NCBI GenBank assembly: GCA_038087875.1
Contig: JAXLNO010000114.1
Span: forward strand, 186,001 to 242,514
Source: Malacoraja senta
Taxonomy: Eukaryota
Length of the DNA stretch: 56,514 bases
Reading direction: 5' to 3'
The notes below the pieces were generated by a model. The model had not been told where the DNA came from, searched no databases, and saw only the letters and a list, made by a program, of their open reading frames with translations. Within the stretch, counting starts at the first letter, position 1. The number at the start of each line of letters is the position of its first letter. The position numbers and the translations under genes are program-made. This document shows positions 1 to 11,487 of the stretch, piece after piece.

Positions 1-94
1 ATCATAGATGGTTTAAATAAAGGATTATTCGCTATCGGTGTTAACAATGATAGGTTTCTTAATTTTAAGGATAGTTTTATTTGTTTCCATATTC

Positions 95-2929
95 TTATTG
101 TATCTTGTATAATTGGGTTTTTCTTATTTTCTTAATTGGGTTGTTCATTTTTTTCGGGGAGAAGAGGATTGTTCCTATATTACAAGGATAACAATCCTCT
201 TTCTCCATTTTTATCCATTCTGTCTGTTGAGTTGAACTATCCAACCAGTAAATTATATTCTTAATATGTATTGCCCAATAGTAATACAAAAAATTAGGGA
301 GTGAAAGTCCCCCGACATCTTTTGGTTTACATAAGTGTTCTTTTTTAATTCTATGTGATTTGTAATCCCAAACAAAATTAGTAATATTAGCATTCAATTT
401 AGAGAAGAAATATTTTGGTACATATACTGGTATAGATTGAAATAAGTATAATAACTGTGGTAAGAAGCTCATTTTAATAGCATTTATTCTGCCTATTAAT
501 GATAAAGGGAGTGTTTTCCAAAATTTTATCATTATATTAAGTTTATTTATTAAGGGTATAAAATTAGCATTGAATAAAGCTTTATGTTTTCTAGTAATCT
601 GTATACCCAGATATTTAAATTTTTCTGTTGCTATTTTAAAGGGGAATTTCAATAAGTGTGTGGATTCTTGAGGTTTTAACGTCATAATTTCACTTTTGTT
701 CCAATTTATTCTATATCCTGAAAAGGACCCAAATTCCTCTATTAAATTTAATAAATTTGGTATACTCGTTTGTGAATTTGTTATGTATAACAAAATATCG
801 TCTGCATACAATGAAATTTTATTATTTGAGTCCCTAGTGTTATAACCCTGAATATTCGGATGGCTTCTTATACTTTCAGCCAGAGGTTCTATCATAAGGG
901 CAAATAGCAGGGGTGATAAAGCACATCCCTGCCTATTACCCCTTGATAATTGAAATTTTTGAGATAACATGCTGTTAGTTAATATTCTTGCCATCGGTTT
1001 ATCATATAATAATTTCACCCATGCAATAAAATTCTCTCCCATATTAAATTTTTGTAATACTATGTATAAATACTGCCATTCTACCTGATCAAATGCTTTC
1101 TCTGCGTCCAAAGAAATAATTGCTAAGTCTTTTTCTTCCTTTTTATGTGAGTACATTATATTAAACAGGCGTCTCAAATTATTAAATGAATATCTTTTGG
1201 GTATAAACCCCGTTTGATCAGGGTTTATCAATTTACTAATATATTTGCTTAGTCTTCTAGCTAAGGTCTTTGCTAGAATTTTCTGGTCGGTATTTAAAAG
1301 TGATATAGCTCTATATGAACCCGGTTCCTCTAGATCTTTATCTTTCTTTGGAATAAGCGTAATAGTTGATTCTGCTAATGTTTCAGGTAATTTATTTTCT
1401 TTAAAAACGTGAGTATATAAATTAAATAGATAGGGGGTCGTTATCTCATGAAACTTTTTATAAAATTCATTACTAAAACCATCTGGTCCCGGTGTCTTAC
1501 CATTTTTCAGCAATTTTATTGTTTCACCTATTTCTTCGATTGTAATTTGCGCTCCTAGTTCTTCTTGTTCCAAAAGGTCAAGTTTTGGTAGATTACATTT
1601 ATCTAAAAAATTTGTAATTTTACTATCTTCTGTTTTGGTTTTTGATGTGTATAAATTCTGATAAAATTGAACAAATCTTTTATTGATATCTTTAGGTAGT
1701 GTTAGTAATTCACCATTCTCAGATTTAATTTTATTTATAGTATTTTCCTTTTCCTGTTTTTTCAATTGACGCGCCAACAGCTTATGTGGTTTGTCACCAA
1801 ACTCAAAATGTTCCTGTTTTGTAATTTGGAATAATCTTATTACCCTTGCCGAGAGAATTCGGTTAAGTTTAAATTTCAGTAGTATTATCTTATTATGTTT
1901 ATCTATAGTGGGATCTTTAGCATTATCTAACTCTAACTGTCTTATTTCTTGTTCTAACAGCATCTGTTCAGTTTTATTCTTCTTATTTTGAAAAATTTCA
2001 TATGAAATTATAATTCCTCTAATAAATGCTTTAAAAGTTTCCCATATTAAAGAAGGTGAGGTACCTGGTGTATCATTTATCTCAAGAAATGATATCATTT
2101 GTTGTTTCAAATATTGATAACCCTGTAGGTCATTTAATATATATGTGTTAAACCTCCAAAAAAAATTCTTTCCCGGCATTCCTTCAAATTTTACTAAAAA
2201 AGTCAATGGAGAGTGATCATAAATACTACTAATATGGTAAGTTGGGTTAATTATATATGGCATTAATTTCCTATCCACTAAAAAATAATCAATTCTTGAG
2301 TATGTTTTGTGTACCGAAGAGTAAAACGAGTATTCCCTTCCTGCTGGGTTAGCAGATCTCCATACATCTGTTATGTTACTATTTTTTATATATGTATTTA
2401 GAAATTCACTAGTCTTAGATTTTGTATTACTCCTTCTTTGTTTTGCTGATTTGTCTAAGTAAGGATCTAAAACACAATTGAAATCCCCTCCTATTATGAC
2501 ATTTTGATAATTAAACTCCAGTATTATATCTATAATTTTCTCAAAAAATTGAGGGTTATCAAAATTCGGAGCGTAAATATTTACCATAGTTATTGGGGTA
2601 GCATAAATTTCTCCCGAAACTATAATATACCTTCCCTCTTTATCTGATATAGTATTCTTTAATTTGAACGGTATACCTTTTCGAATAAGAATAGCCGTAC
2701 CTCTAGATTTAGAAGTAAATGACGAATAATATGTTTGGCCTATCCACTTCGCCTTTAATCTCATTTGTGTTTCCTGTTTCATGTGAGTTTCTTGCAAGTA
2801 GATTATGTCGCTTTTCAAAGATTTTAGATGAGCAAAAATTTTACCCCTCTTTAGTGGTTCATTGGCACCCCTTATATTACAACTACAGAATGTGATTCCT
2901 CCATTCTTTATTTGCCTATCGTCCTGCAT
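95..2929 (-). CDS. L1 ORF2p (APE endonuclease + reverse transcriptase), frameshifted near 110-145
   Basis: NIRG, LQETH, NIYAPN, GGDFN, SRIDY; PGPDG, YRAISLLNTDQKI, LDAEKAFD, RQGCALSP, LYADD, KYLGI. Coding continues in another frame to the window edge (NPIIQDTIRIWKQIKLSLKLRNLSLLTPIANNPLFKPS). Confidence 0.95.
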   Translation of the reverse strand: MQDDRQIKNGGITFCSCNIRGANEPLKRGKIFAHLKSLKSDIIYLQETHMKQETQMRLKAKWIGQTYYSSFTSKSRGTAILIRKGIPFKLKNTISDKEGRYIIVSGEIYATPITMVNIYAPNFDNPQFFEKIIDIILEFNYQNVIIGGDFNCVLDPYLDKSAKQRRSNTKSKTSEFLNTYIKNSNITDVWRSANPAGREYSFYSSVHKTYSRIDYFLVDRKLMPYIINPTYHISSIYDHSPLTFLVKFEGMPGKNFFWRFNTYILNDLQGYQYLKQQMISFLEINDTPGTSPSLIWETFKAFIRGIIISYEIFQNKKNKTEQMLLEQEIRQLELDNAKDPTIDKHNKIILLKFKLNRILSARVIRLFQITKQEHFEFGDKPHKLLARQLKKQEKENTINKIKSENGELLTLPKDINKRFVQFYQNLYTSKTKTEDSKITNFLDKCNLPKLDLLEQEELGAQITIEEIGETIKLLKNGKTPGPDGFSNEFYKKFHEITTPYLFNLYTHVFKENKLPETLAESTITLIPKKDKDLEEPGSYRAISLLNTDQKILAKTLARRLSKYISKLINPDQTGFIPKRYSFNNLRRLFNIMYSHKKEEKDLAIISLDAEKAFDQVEWQYLYIVLQKFNMGENFIAWVKLLYDKPMARILTNSMLSQKFQLSRGNRQGCALSPLLFALMIEPLAESIRSHPNIQGYNTRDSNNKISLYADDILLYITNSQTSIPNLLNLIEEFGSFSGYRINWNKSEIMTLKPQESTHLLKFPFKIATEKFKYLGIQITRKHKALFNANFIPLINKLNIMIKFWKTLPLSLIGRINAIKMSFLPQLLYLFQSIPVYVPKYFFSKLNANITNFVWDYKSHRIKKEHLCKPKDVGGLSLPNFLYYYWAIHIKNIIYWLDSSTQQTEWIKMEKEDCYPCNIGTILFSPKKMNNPIKKIRKTQLYKIQ

Positions 2930-3887
2930 TGTATATCAAAGTGATGTTCTTGAAACATATGGTGCAAACAAATACCTCCGTGTTCTGGACGTTGGGTGGT
3001 CATTCCAAATTTTTAAGTTTACATTACATCTCCATCTCCAAAAGTGCCTTAGATAAAGCAAGAAAAGTTGTGATTTACAATTAATTAAGTGATTTTAAAA
3101 AAAAAGTGAAATTAAGGTATCTAAAAGCAGGTACCTTAAAGACAAATAGCCACCTAAGGTGGCGAAAGAATTATAGACTTCCTTGATGTTATTTTACAGT
3201 GAGCCCCAATCCCTTATTAACACCTCGTAAAAAATAATTTAAAAAAAAACCTACAAACCGTCTCGTTTATTCTTGTATAACTTTATCAAACTAGCGTTAG
3301 TAAAATGCCCCCCAAAAAATTAATTAAAAAAAAAAATTAGTAATAATAATAATAATAATAACAAAAATATGCAAAGATAAAATATTAAAGAGTTAAAAAA
3401 AAAAGAAAACATTAATGTAATTAAACCCCAAATCCAAATATAAACCACAACCTATTCTAATTTCTATAAGTATTTGTACTGTACCAATTTATCTAGCCAG
3501 CTACCCTACAAGCAGGTACCGAGGGGTTAACCTCATTCCTGGCTTTTTTCCAAGTTTATGTTGCGTTCCCACTCAAAAAGAAAGAGAGAAAATGTTAGTA
3601 ATGTTATAAACATTTTGGTTAATTACAATTTATAAGCAATGGTTTATTCATGAATATACATATTTACTACACACACTCACATTAGTTTTGTTAAAGTTAG
3701 TTAGTTAATTGTAATTAGCATATAATAGTTAAATACTCAGGTTATCTCGTTCTTTGTACGAGAGCTTTTCATTCAAGGTTAAACAATATTGTCCAATACA
3801 TTCCAGACAGATAAGCTCAGTAACTGTCTGAGAAATCCGCCGGTTCCAGCTCCATCTTAGAAATTAAAAAGTTCCATGTTCATTCCT

Positions 3888-4913
3888 TTAGTCGTCTTCT
3901 TCTGAAGTTTCGGAGGCTTTCCTCATGATATCTTCTGCATATTTAAATGCTTTTTCTGGGTCCGTAAATGAGCGCTCAATTTCCTTATATGTAATTTTCA
4001 TTTTTGCAGGAAAAACAATACCATATCTGACTTTAGAAATACCCCTCAATATGTTTCTTGTCGGTGTAAACAGGTTCATTCTCTGGACAATCTCTGGAGG
4101 ATAATCACGGAAAAATCGGATCTTTTCCCCACGATATATCAAATTTTCACCATGAACAATCTTCTTCGGTATAGTTTCCACTGAAGAGATATCAAGAAAT
4201 TTCACAATTATCTGTCTTGGAGCAGCATTTATGCCTCTTGAGACACGTCCAACTCGTTGAACAGTATCTATTCTTAGTTCTCCCGGCAGTTTAAGAACCT
4301 CTTTGATTAATTCAGTAACGAAAGTACGTGTTTGAGATACATGTTCTTCTCGTCCTTCTCTTACTCCAACAATTCTCAAATTCTGCCTCCTTGATCTCGC
4401 TTCCAAGTCCAAACATTTGTCAGTCATTCTTGCCAGCTTTTCTGCTTCATCTTTATTTGATCTTTTCAGACTGTTTATTTCCGATATCATCTCTTTCATA
4501 TCACTTTCCATCTCTTCCATTCTCTCGTCAATGTTGTCCATCTTAGCATTTACCCCAGAAAGCTTCTTATTATAATCCTTTTCGACTCTAACAATTTCTG
4601 AGTTAAGTTTTTTATCAAACTCATTATGTTGCTTCTTCAGCTCCTTTAACTCATCACAGGCACCATCAATTTTATGAGAAAATATTTCCATATTATTCTC
4701 CATACTCTTAATTGTAGTAGTAATTTCTACAAACATTTCCTTTACCTCCATCTCTTTCTTTCCTCCTTTTGTAGCCATTTCCAGCACAACTCCTTGGCTA
4801 TCGGGCTCCTCCTCAGAACCTTCTTCAGTTGTTTGCAGAGTGTCCAACACACTTTTCAGCTGGAGGCTTATAGTAGTTTTTTTTGGTGCGCGTGAACAAG
4901 TCCTCTTGCTCAT
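3888..4913 (-). CDS. L1 ORF1p (coiled coil + RRM/CTD, Transposase_22-like), 341 aa
   Basis: Heptad coiled coil followed by DLEARSRRQNLRIVGVREG, PRQIIVKF, IRFFRDY and YGIVFPAKMKITY motifs. Confidence 0.93.
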   Translation of the reverse strand: MSKRTCSRAPKKTTISLQLKSVLDTLQTTEEGSEEEPDSQGVVLEMATKGGKKEMEVKEMFVEITTTIKSMENNMEIFSHKIDGACDELKELKKQHNEFDKKLNSEIVRVEKDYNKKLSGVNAKMDNIDERMEEMESDMKEMISEINSLKRSNKDEAEKLARMTDKCLDLEARSRRQNLRIVGVREGREEHVSQTRTFVTELIKEVLKLPGELRIDTVQRVGRVSRGINAAPRQIIVKFLDISSVETIPKKIVHGENLIYRGEKIRFFRDYPPEIVQRMNLFTPTRNILRGISKVRYGIVFPAKMKITYKEIERSFTDPEKAFKYAEDIMRKASETSEEDD

Positions 4914-5062
4914 TTAAAAGTCCGTTATCTAATGATGTTTTCGTTATGCAAACCAAGCAGCTCCGTTGAGTTATTTTTAACTTTAAAACGGCTTTTTGAT
5001 AATTTTTACGGGAGTGAAGCTCACTGCAGCGTCCTCAATGTTCCATGACGCTACCGGAAGTC

Positions 5063-5320
5063 TGCTAAAATTTTCTGATCCGTATTTAAAAGTGATATAG
5101 CTCTGTAAGAACCCGGTTCATCTAAATCTTTATTTTTTTTGGTATAAGCGTTATTGTTGATTCTGCTAAAGTTTCTGGTAGTTTATTTTCGGTATAAGCC
5201 TGCGTGTATAAGTTGAGTAATCTTGGTACAAGTGACTCCTGAAAGCGTTTATAAAATTCATTACTAAAACCATCTGGTCCTGGGGTCTTCCCAATTTTCA
5301 ATGAGTTTATTATTCCCCTT
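5063..5320 (-). mobile_element. Older L1 ORF2 (RT) fragment interrupted by the younger L1
   Basis: Diverged paralog of about 1270-1520 (GKTPGPDGFSNEFYK ... GSYRAISLLNTDQKILA). Confidence 0.85.
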
Positions 5321-6083
5321 TTCTATTCTAAACGTTATCTCCTCAGAGAACTGGAAGATAATTGCATCCTTTTGCCTGAAAGCTGACAGAAAGTGGTTGT
5401 TTAATTCTTCTGCCAATTACTCGCGGAGCTTTTTAAACTCTTCATTGTCTGTCTGCTTTATGTTATGTTAGAGGGATCCAGGTTTTAGTCTGGAGCGGGA
5501 AGTTACTGTGAGGAAGTGACAAAATAATTTAATTATCGGATGGCTTCAGAAGTGGAAAAATGAAGTGAGTTTGGATAAATTATTAACTGACGGAGTATAT
5601 GATCATAATTGAATCGAGACTCCCAATACACATTCTAATGTTCCCAAACACCATACAGACACCATATTCTTTACTTCCACTGACGTATCTCCTTTCCCAG
5701 CCACAGTGCCGTGTCCTTAATCCAGAGAAAAGGTGCGGGGATCCAAACCGTTGTAACAGACAACAGCAGCAACACGCATGTCACCAGTGCAAGCACAATT
5801 ATAACCCCACGCTACTGATTCCTGGGCCGCTGATATGAATGTCATTTTACGTTTTAAATATTGATTGGAAACAAAGAGCAGAAATAAATCTGAGCTGCGA
5901 TAGTCTTGCCTTAATTCCACAAGGATGTGTTGACTGCGCACGGATACATTTAAAAATAGTTTCCTCTTTGCTCCATTGCAGCTAGTCAGGTGATGATTGA
6001 TTTGCGAGGTGCGGCTGTAGTTCTGTGAGATGCAGCGCTCAGTATCTGCGTGCAAGCAGCTGCCTGTCCACCAAAGATCTTAG

Positions 6084-7313
6084 TGTTTAAGAAGGCCACC
6101 TCCTGCACCCACACACAACTGACTGACTTCATCCACTTCACCACTAACTTCCATCCGGCACTCAAATACACCTGGACCATTTCTGACACTTCCCTACCAT
6201 TCCTTGACCTATCTCCATTGCAGGTGATAGACTTCTGACCGACATCCACTATAAACCTACTGACTCCCATGGATATCTGGACTACACTTCTTCCCACCCT
6301 GCTTCCTGTAAGGACTCCATCCCCTACTCCCAATTCCTCCGTCAACGCCGCATCTGCTCCCAGGATGAGGCGTTCCACTCCAGGGCATCTGAAATGTCCT
6401 CTTTCTTCAGGGAACGGGGGTTCCCCTCCCCCACCATAGATGAGGCTCGCACCAGGGTCTCTTCCATACCCCGTAAAACTGCTCTCTCCCCATCCCCCCA
6501 CTCGCAACAAGGGCAGAGTCCCCCTAGTCCTCACCTTCCACCCCACCACCCGTCACGTACAACAAATAGTCCTCCGTCAGTTTCGCCACCTCCAACGTGA
6601 CCCCACCACTCGCCACATCTTCCCATCTCCCCCCATGTCTGCCTTCTGCAAAGACAGCTCCCTCCGTAACTCCCTTATCAATTCTTCCCTTCCCTCCCAT
6701 ACTACCCCCTCCCCGGGCACTTTCCCTTGCAACCGCAAGAGATGCTACACTTGTCGCTTTACCTCCCCCCTCGACTCCATTCAAGGACCCAAGCAGTCGT
6801 TCCAGGTGCGACAGAGGTTCACCTGCAACTCCTCCAACCTCATCTATTGCATCCGCTGCTCTAGATGTCAGCTGATCTACATCGGTGAGACCAAGTGGAG
6901 GCTTGGCGATCGTTTCGCCGAACACCTCCGCTCAGTCCGCAATAACCAACCTGACCTCCCGGTGGCTCAGCACATCAACTCCCCCTCCCATTCTGGATCC
7001 GACCTCTTTGTCCTGGGTCTCCTCCATGGCCACAGCGAGCACCACCGGAAATTGGAGGAACAGCACCTCATATTCCGCTTGGGGAGTCTGCATCCTGGGG
7101 GCATGAACATTGAATTCTCACAATTCTGTTAGCCCTTGCTGTCTCCTCCCCTTCCTATCTCTTCCTCAGCCCTCGGGTTCCTCCTCCTCCTTTTTCCTTT
7201 CTTCTCCCCGCCCCCCATCAGTCTGAAGAAGGGTTTCGGCCCAAAACGTTGCCTATTTCCTTCGCTCCATAGATGCTGCTGCACCCGCTGAGTTTCTCCA
7301 GCATTTTTGTGTA
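6084..7313 (+). mobile_element. Penelope-like element, 5'-truncated (RT C-terminus + GIY-YIG endonuclease + terminal repeat)
   Basis: FHPALKYTWTISDTSLPFLDLS and NLIYCIRCSRCQLIYIGETK...RFAEH motifs. Flanked by a 16-bp direct repeat CCACCAAAGATCTTAG (6068-6083, 7314-7329). Confidence 0.92.
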
Positions 7314-8449
7314 CCACCAAAGATCTTAGCTGTCCACAGCAAAGTGGATTCCAATCCGCACATTCCTCAGATCAGGGAGCGGTCTCGCACAATTCTGACC
7401 GGTTTGACAATCTACTTTGAATAAAGTTGTTTTATTTCCTGTTAACCCTTTCTACTAATAGGGATACAGTAACATGGATATGATTTGAATATAACCTGTA
7501 GGAATTCTGTCTGCAGCATTCCTGGAAGTCTCCGCCGTCCTCCTGCCCACTGTTACTCACTATGGTTATTTATTAGTTATTAAAGACTGGTGACAGAACT
7601 CTCCTCTCCAGAGCTCAGTTCAGATGTCTCCACCCGTGTGAAGGATTATTTCAACATAGATACAATTTAAGCGAACAGGAATATTTTTGATGTTCTCTTC
7701 AACGCGAGTCTATCGCGCTTCCCTTCTCTCTCCTTGTTCACGTCTGATACCAGCTAAAGCCACATACATGAACTGTTCTGGTGAATCGGAGAACACGTTT
7801 CTCTTTGTGGGTTGTTTTAGTTTCGCTCGGGTGATCTCGGGCTGGTTTCTCGGGTGCGGGATGAAGACGGACAATCGACCAGCGTAGCGTGTTCATCCGG
7901 CAATGAGCTGAAGAGTTCGCTCTCCACTCATCGTCCAGGAACTGTTGGAACCGGATCACAAACCCGCTCAGCTGGGATTACAGTGTAAGTGGATTAGAAT
8001 GGGTTAAATTCCAGTGACCCAAGTGGCACGGTGCTCAGAGACTGCTCAGTAATGTGTCTGTGGGACCCGGACTTGGCTGACTGCTGGCTACTGGGGGCAA
8101 CATCGGGCAAAACGTCTGATAAAAAAGTTGCATTGGATGCCGCAGACAGAATTCCTCCAGGTTATGTTAAAATCCGGATCTATTCCTGCATTCCCAGCAG
8201 CAGGAAGGGTTTTAGTAGAATTGACTCCGGCCCGAGGTGAAGGTGGACTGCCGCAGTCCCGGTTACACCCATCCTCACAGAGCGACCGGACCAGTGGTCC
8301 AGGACGTGAGAAAGCGGCAAGAAGTGGAGGGGGCCAAATGGAGGAGACATTGGCAGCAGCATCAAAGCAAACCTTAGCACACCGTCGCAATGATATTCTG
8401 CCTGGATTTCCGTGTAGATCTCACAACTTCTGTCTTTGCTCTTGCATTC

Positions 8450-8546
8450 GGACCAATGGGGCGGGTGTTTTTTGTTTTAATTCAACGAATCCCAAGCTGT
8501 GAATCTGATCAGCTCCATTGCATTGGGAGGTTCTCAGCTCCGCCCT
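8450..8546. promoter_or_regulatory. Possible CCAAT/GC-box promoter
   Basis: GACCAATGGGGCGGG at about 8451-8465, and oppositely oriented ATTGG plus CCGCCC at about 8522-8545. Confidence 0.3.
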
Positions 8547-8609
8547 GTGTGTGAAAGATGCTGCCCAAAGGTGACAGAGCGGATCCGCTCTATGATTGTT
8601 GGTCAAAAC

Positions 8610-10565
8610 GTGGCGCTGAAGCAAAGCCGAAGAGACAAACGTCAGGCAGAGCCGTGGTAGTCGGGGACTCCATCGTGAGGGGGACAGACAGGGGTTTCTG
8701 CGGCAACGGGTGGGAGTCAAGGATAGTGTGTTGCCTCCCTGGTGCCAGGATCCAGGATGTCATTTTACAGCATCCTCAAGGGTGAAGGTGAGCAGCCGGA
8801 AGTGGTCCCACATGTTGGCACAAATGACGTCGGGAAGAGGAAAGAGTTTCTACAGCGTGGATTTATCTAAATGGCGTCAAGTTGGGAAAAGGGGAAGTAC
8901 AACGGGATCTGGGGGTCCTTGTTCATCAGTCTATGAAAGTAAGCATGCAGGTACAGCAGGCAATGAAGAAAGCGAATGGCATGTTGGCCTTTATAACAAG
9001 AGGAATCGAATATAGGAGCAAAGAGGTCCTTCTGCAGTTGTACAGAGTCCTAGTGAGACCACAGCTGCAGTATTGTATACAGTTTTGGTCCCCTAATTTG
9101 AGGAAGGACATTCTTGCTATTGAGGGAGTGCAGCGTTAATTCCCGGGATGGCGGGACTGTCATATGCTGCGAGAATGGAGCAGCTGGGCTTGTACACTCT
9201 GGAGTTTAGAAGGATGAGAGGTTATCTCATTCAAACATATAAGATTGTTAAGGGCTTGGACACGCTAGAGGCAGGAAACATGTTCCCGATGTTGGGGGAG
9301 TCCAGAACCAGGGGCCACAGTTTAAGAATAAGGAGTAAGCCATTTAGAACGGAGATGAGGAAACACTTTTTCTCACAGAGAGTGGTGAATCTGTGGAATT
9401 CTCTGCCTCAGAGAGCGGTGGAGGCAGGTTCTCTGGATGCTTTGAAGAGAGAGATAGATAGGGCTCTTAAAAATAGCGGAGTCAGGGGATATGGGGAGAA
9501 GGCAGGAACGGGGTACTGATTGGGGATGATCAGCCATGATCACATTGAATGGCTCGAAGGGCCGAATGACCTCCTCCTGCGCCTATTGTCTATTGACTTC
9601 AGAGAACTCGGAAGGCGGCTGAAAAGCAGGACCTCCAGGGTGGTTATCTCCGGTTTGCTTCCAGTTCCTCGTGCTGGTGAGGGAAGGAACAGGGAGATAG
9701 AGGATCTCAATGTGTGGCTGAGGAGCTGGTGCAGGGAGCAGGGATTTAGATTCTTAGATCACTGGGATCCGCTTTGGGGTAAGGGCGAATAGTACAAAAG
9801 GGACGGGTTGCAGGCAGGGGACCAGCATTTTGGCAGGCAGGCTTGCCACTGCTACACCGGTGGTTTGAACTAAATAGTGGACAGGGAGGAAACAAATTGG
9901 AAAAACAAGAATGGAGTTAAAGGGAAAGAGAGTATAGGAAAAGTTAAGAAAGACACCAGAATTAACGGGACAGAAAACTCATGAAGGGATAGGAGAGTAT
10001 GGCCAAGTGAAATATAAATCGATGAGAAAGGTGAGCTGAATAATGGATTAAAAGTATCATATATGAATGCACGAAGTATAGGAAGTAAAGTGGATGAGCT
10101 TGAGGCTCAGCTAGAGATTGGTAGATATGACATTGTTGGGATTACAGAGACATGGCTGCAGGAGGATCGGGACTGGGAACTGAATATTCAGGGTTATACA
10201 TCCTATAGAAAGGACAGGCAGGTGGGCAGAGGAGGTGGGGTAGCTCTGTTGGTGAGGTTCAGTCCCTTGCGAGAGGTGACATAGGGACTGACGATGCAGA
10301 GTCGCTGTAGATAGAATTGAGGCGTTGTAAATGTAAGAAGACACTAATGGGAATTATCTGCAGGCCCCAAATAGAAGCCTGGATATAGGGTGCAAGTTGC
10401 AGCAGGAGTTCAAATTGGCATGTAACAAAAGTAATGCCACGGAGTTTGTGGGAGATTTCAATATGCAGGTAGACTAGGAAAATCAGGATGGTTCTATAGA
10501 AAGGGAGTTTGTGGAGTGCCTCCGAGATGGATTCTTAGAGCAGCTTGTACTGGAGCCTACCAGAG
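8610..10565 (+). mobile_element. Degenerate CR1 LINE 5' half (ORF1 SGNH esterase + ORF2 APE start), split by a younger CR1
   Basis: AVVVGDSIVRGTD, CCLPGARIQDV, HVGTND, SRVVISGLLPVP; then NARSI...IVGITETWL...RKDR...GGGVALLV. Confidence 0.88.
8864..9595 (+). mobile_element. CR1 3' fragment inserted in CR1 ORF1
   Basis: QRDLGVLV...KKANGML...LYRVLVRP, RRMRG, RVVNLWNSLP, GYGEKAGTGY*, with a TATTGTC tail. Confidence 0.92.
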
Positions 10566-10566
10566 G

Positions 10567-11445
10567 AAACTGCGAAGAGGATGCTAGGAGGTTGCAGGGT
10601 GACTCAGACAGGTTGAGTGAGTGGGCAGATGCAGTATAATGCAGATACATGTGAGGTTATCCACATTGGCGGCAAGAACAAGGAAGCAGATTATTATCTC
10701 CATGGTGTCAGATTAGGAAAAAGGGAAGTGGAACGAGACCCGGGTGTCCTTGTACACCAGTCACTGAAAGTAAACATGCAGGTACAACATGCAGTGAAGA
10801 AAGCTAACGGCATGTTGCCCTTCATATCGAGACGATTTGAGTAGAGGAATAAATATGTCCTTCTGCAGTTGTACAGGGCCCTGGTGAGACCACATCTGGA
10901 GTATTGTGTGCAGTTTTGGTCTCCGAATTTAAGGAAGGACATCCTTTCTATTGACGCAGTGTAGCGTAGGTTCACGAGGTTAATCCCAGGGTTGGCGGGA
11001 CTGCCATACGAGGAAAGACTGGGGTTGTATTCACTGGAATTTAGAAGGATGAGAGGGAATCTTTTAGAAACATATAACATTATAAAAGGATTGGATTAGC
11101 TAGATGCAGGAAAAATGTTCCCACTGTTGGGCGAGTCCAGAACCAGGAGGCTAAGAATAAAGGGGAGGCCATATAAAACTGAGATGAGAAAAAAAGTTTT
11201 CACCCAGAGAGTTGTGCATTTGTGGAATTCTCAGCCACATGCAGTAGAGACCATTTCACAGGATGAATTTAACGGAGAGTTAGATAGAGCTCTTGGGGCT
11301 AGCGGAATCAAGGGATATGGGGAGAAGGCAGGCACGGGTTATTGATTGTGGATGATCAGCCATGATCACAGTGAATGGCGGTGCTGGCTTGAAGGTCCGA
11401 ATGGCCTACTTCTGCACCTATTTTCCATGTTTCTGTGTTTCTTGT
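10567..11445 (+). mobile_element. CR1 ORF2 3' fragment
   Basis: Same C-terminal CR1 motifs with stops and frameshifts; 3' UTR ending in TTTCTGTG-type repeats. Confidence 0.88.
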
Positions 11446-11487
11446 CCTCCTTCATTGTCAACAGTTTACCTAATAGTTTTCCTGATT

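Larger units (their letters stand above)
1..5062 (-). mobile_element. L1-clade LINE, 5'-complete, 3' end beyond the window
   Basis: ORF1, a 958-bp spacer and ORF2 in tandem on the minus strand. The 5' UTR begins GACTTCCGGTAGCG at 5062, directly abutting an older L1 fragment. Confidence 0.95.

Noticed and set aside
5330..8450. Endogenous hepadnavirus or foamy virus
   Set aside because: Only one hydrophobic stretch; no polymerase, core or env signature motifs recognised.
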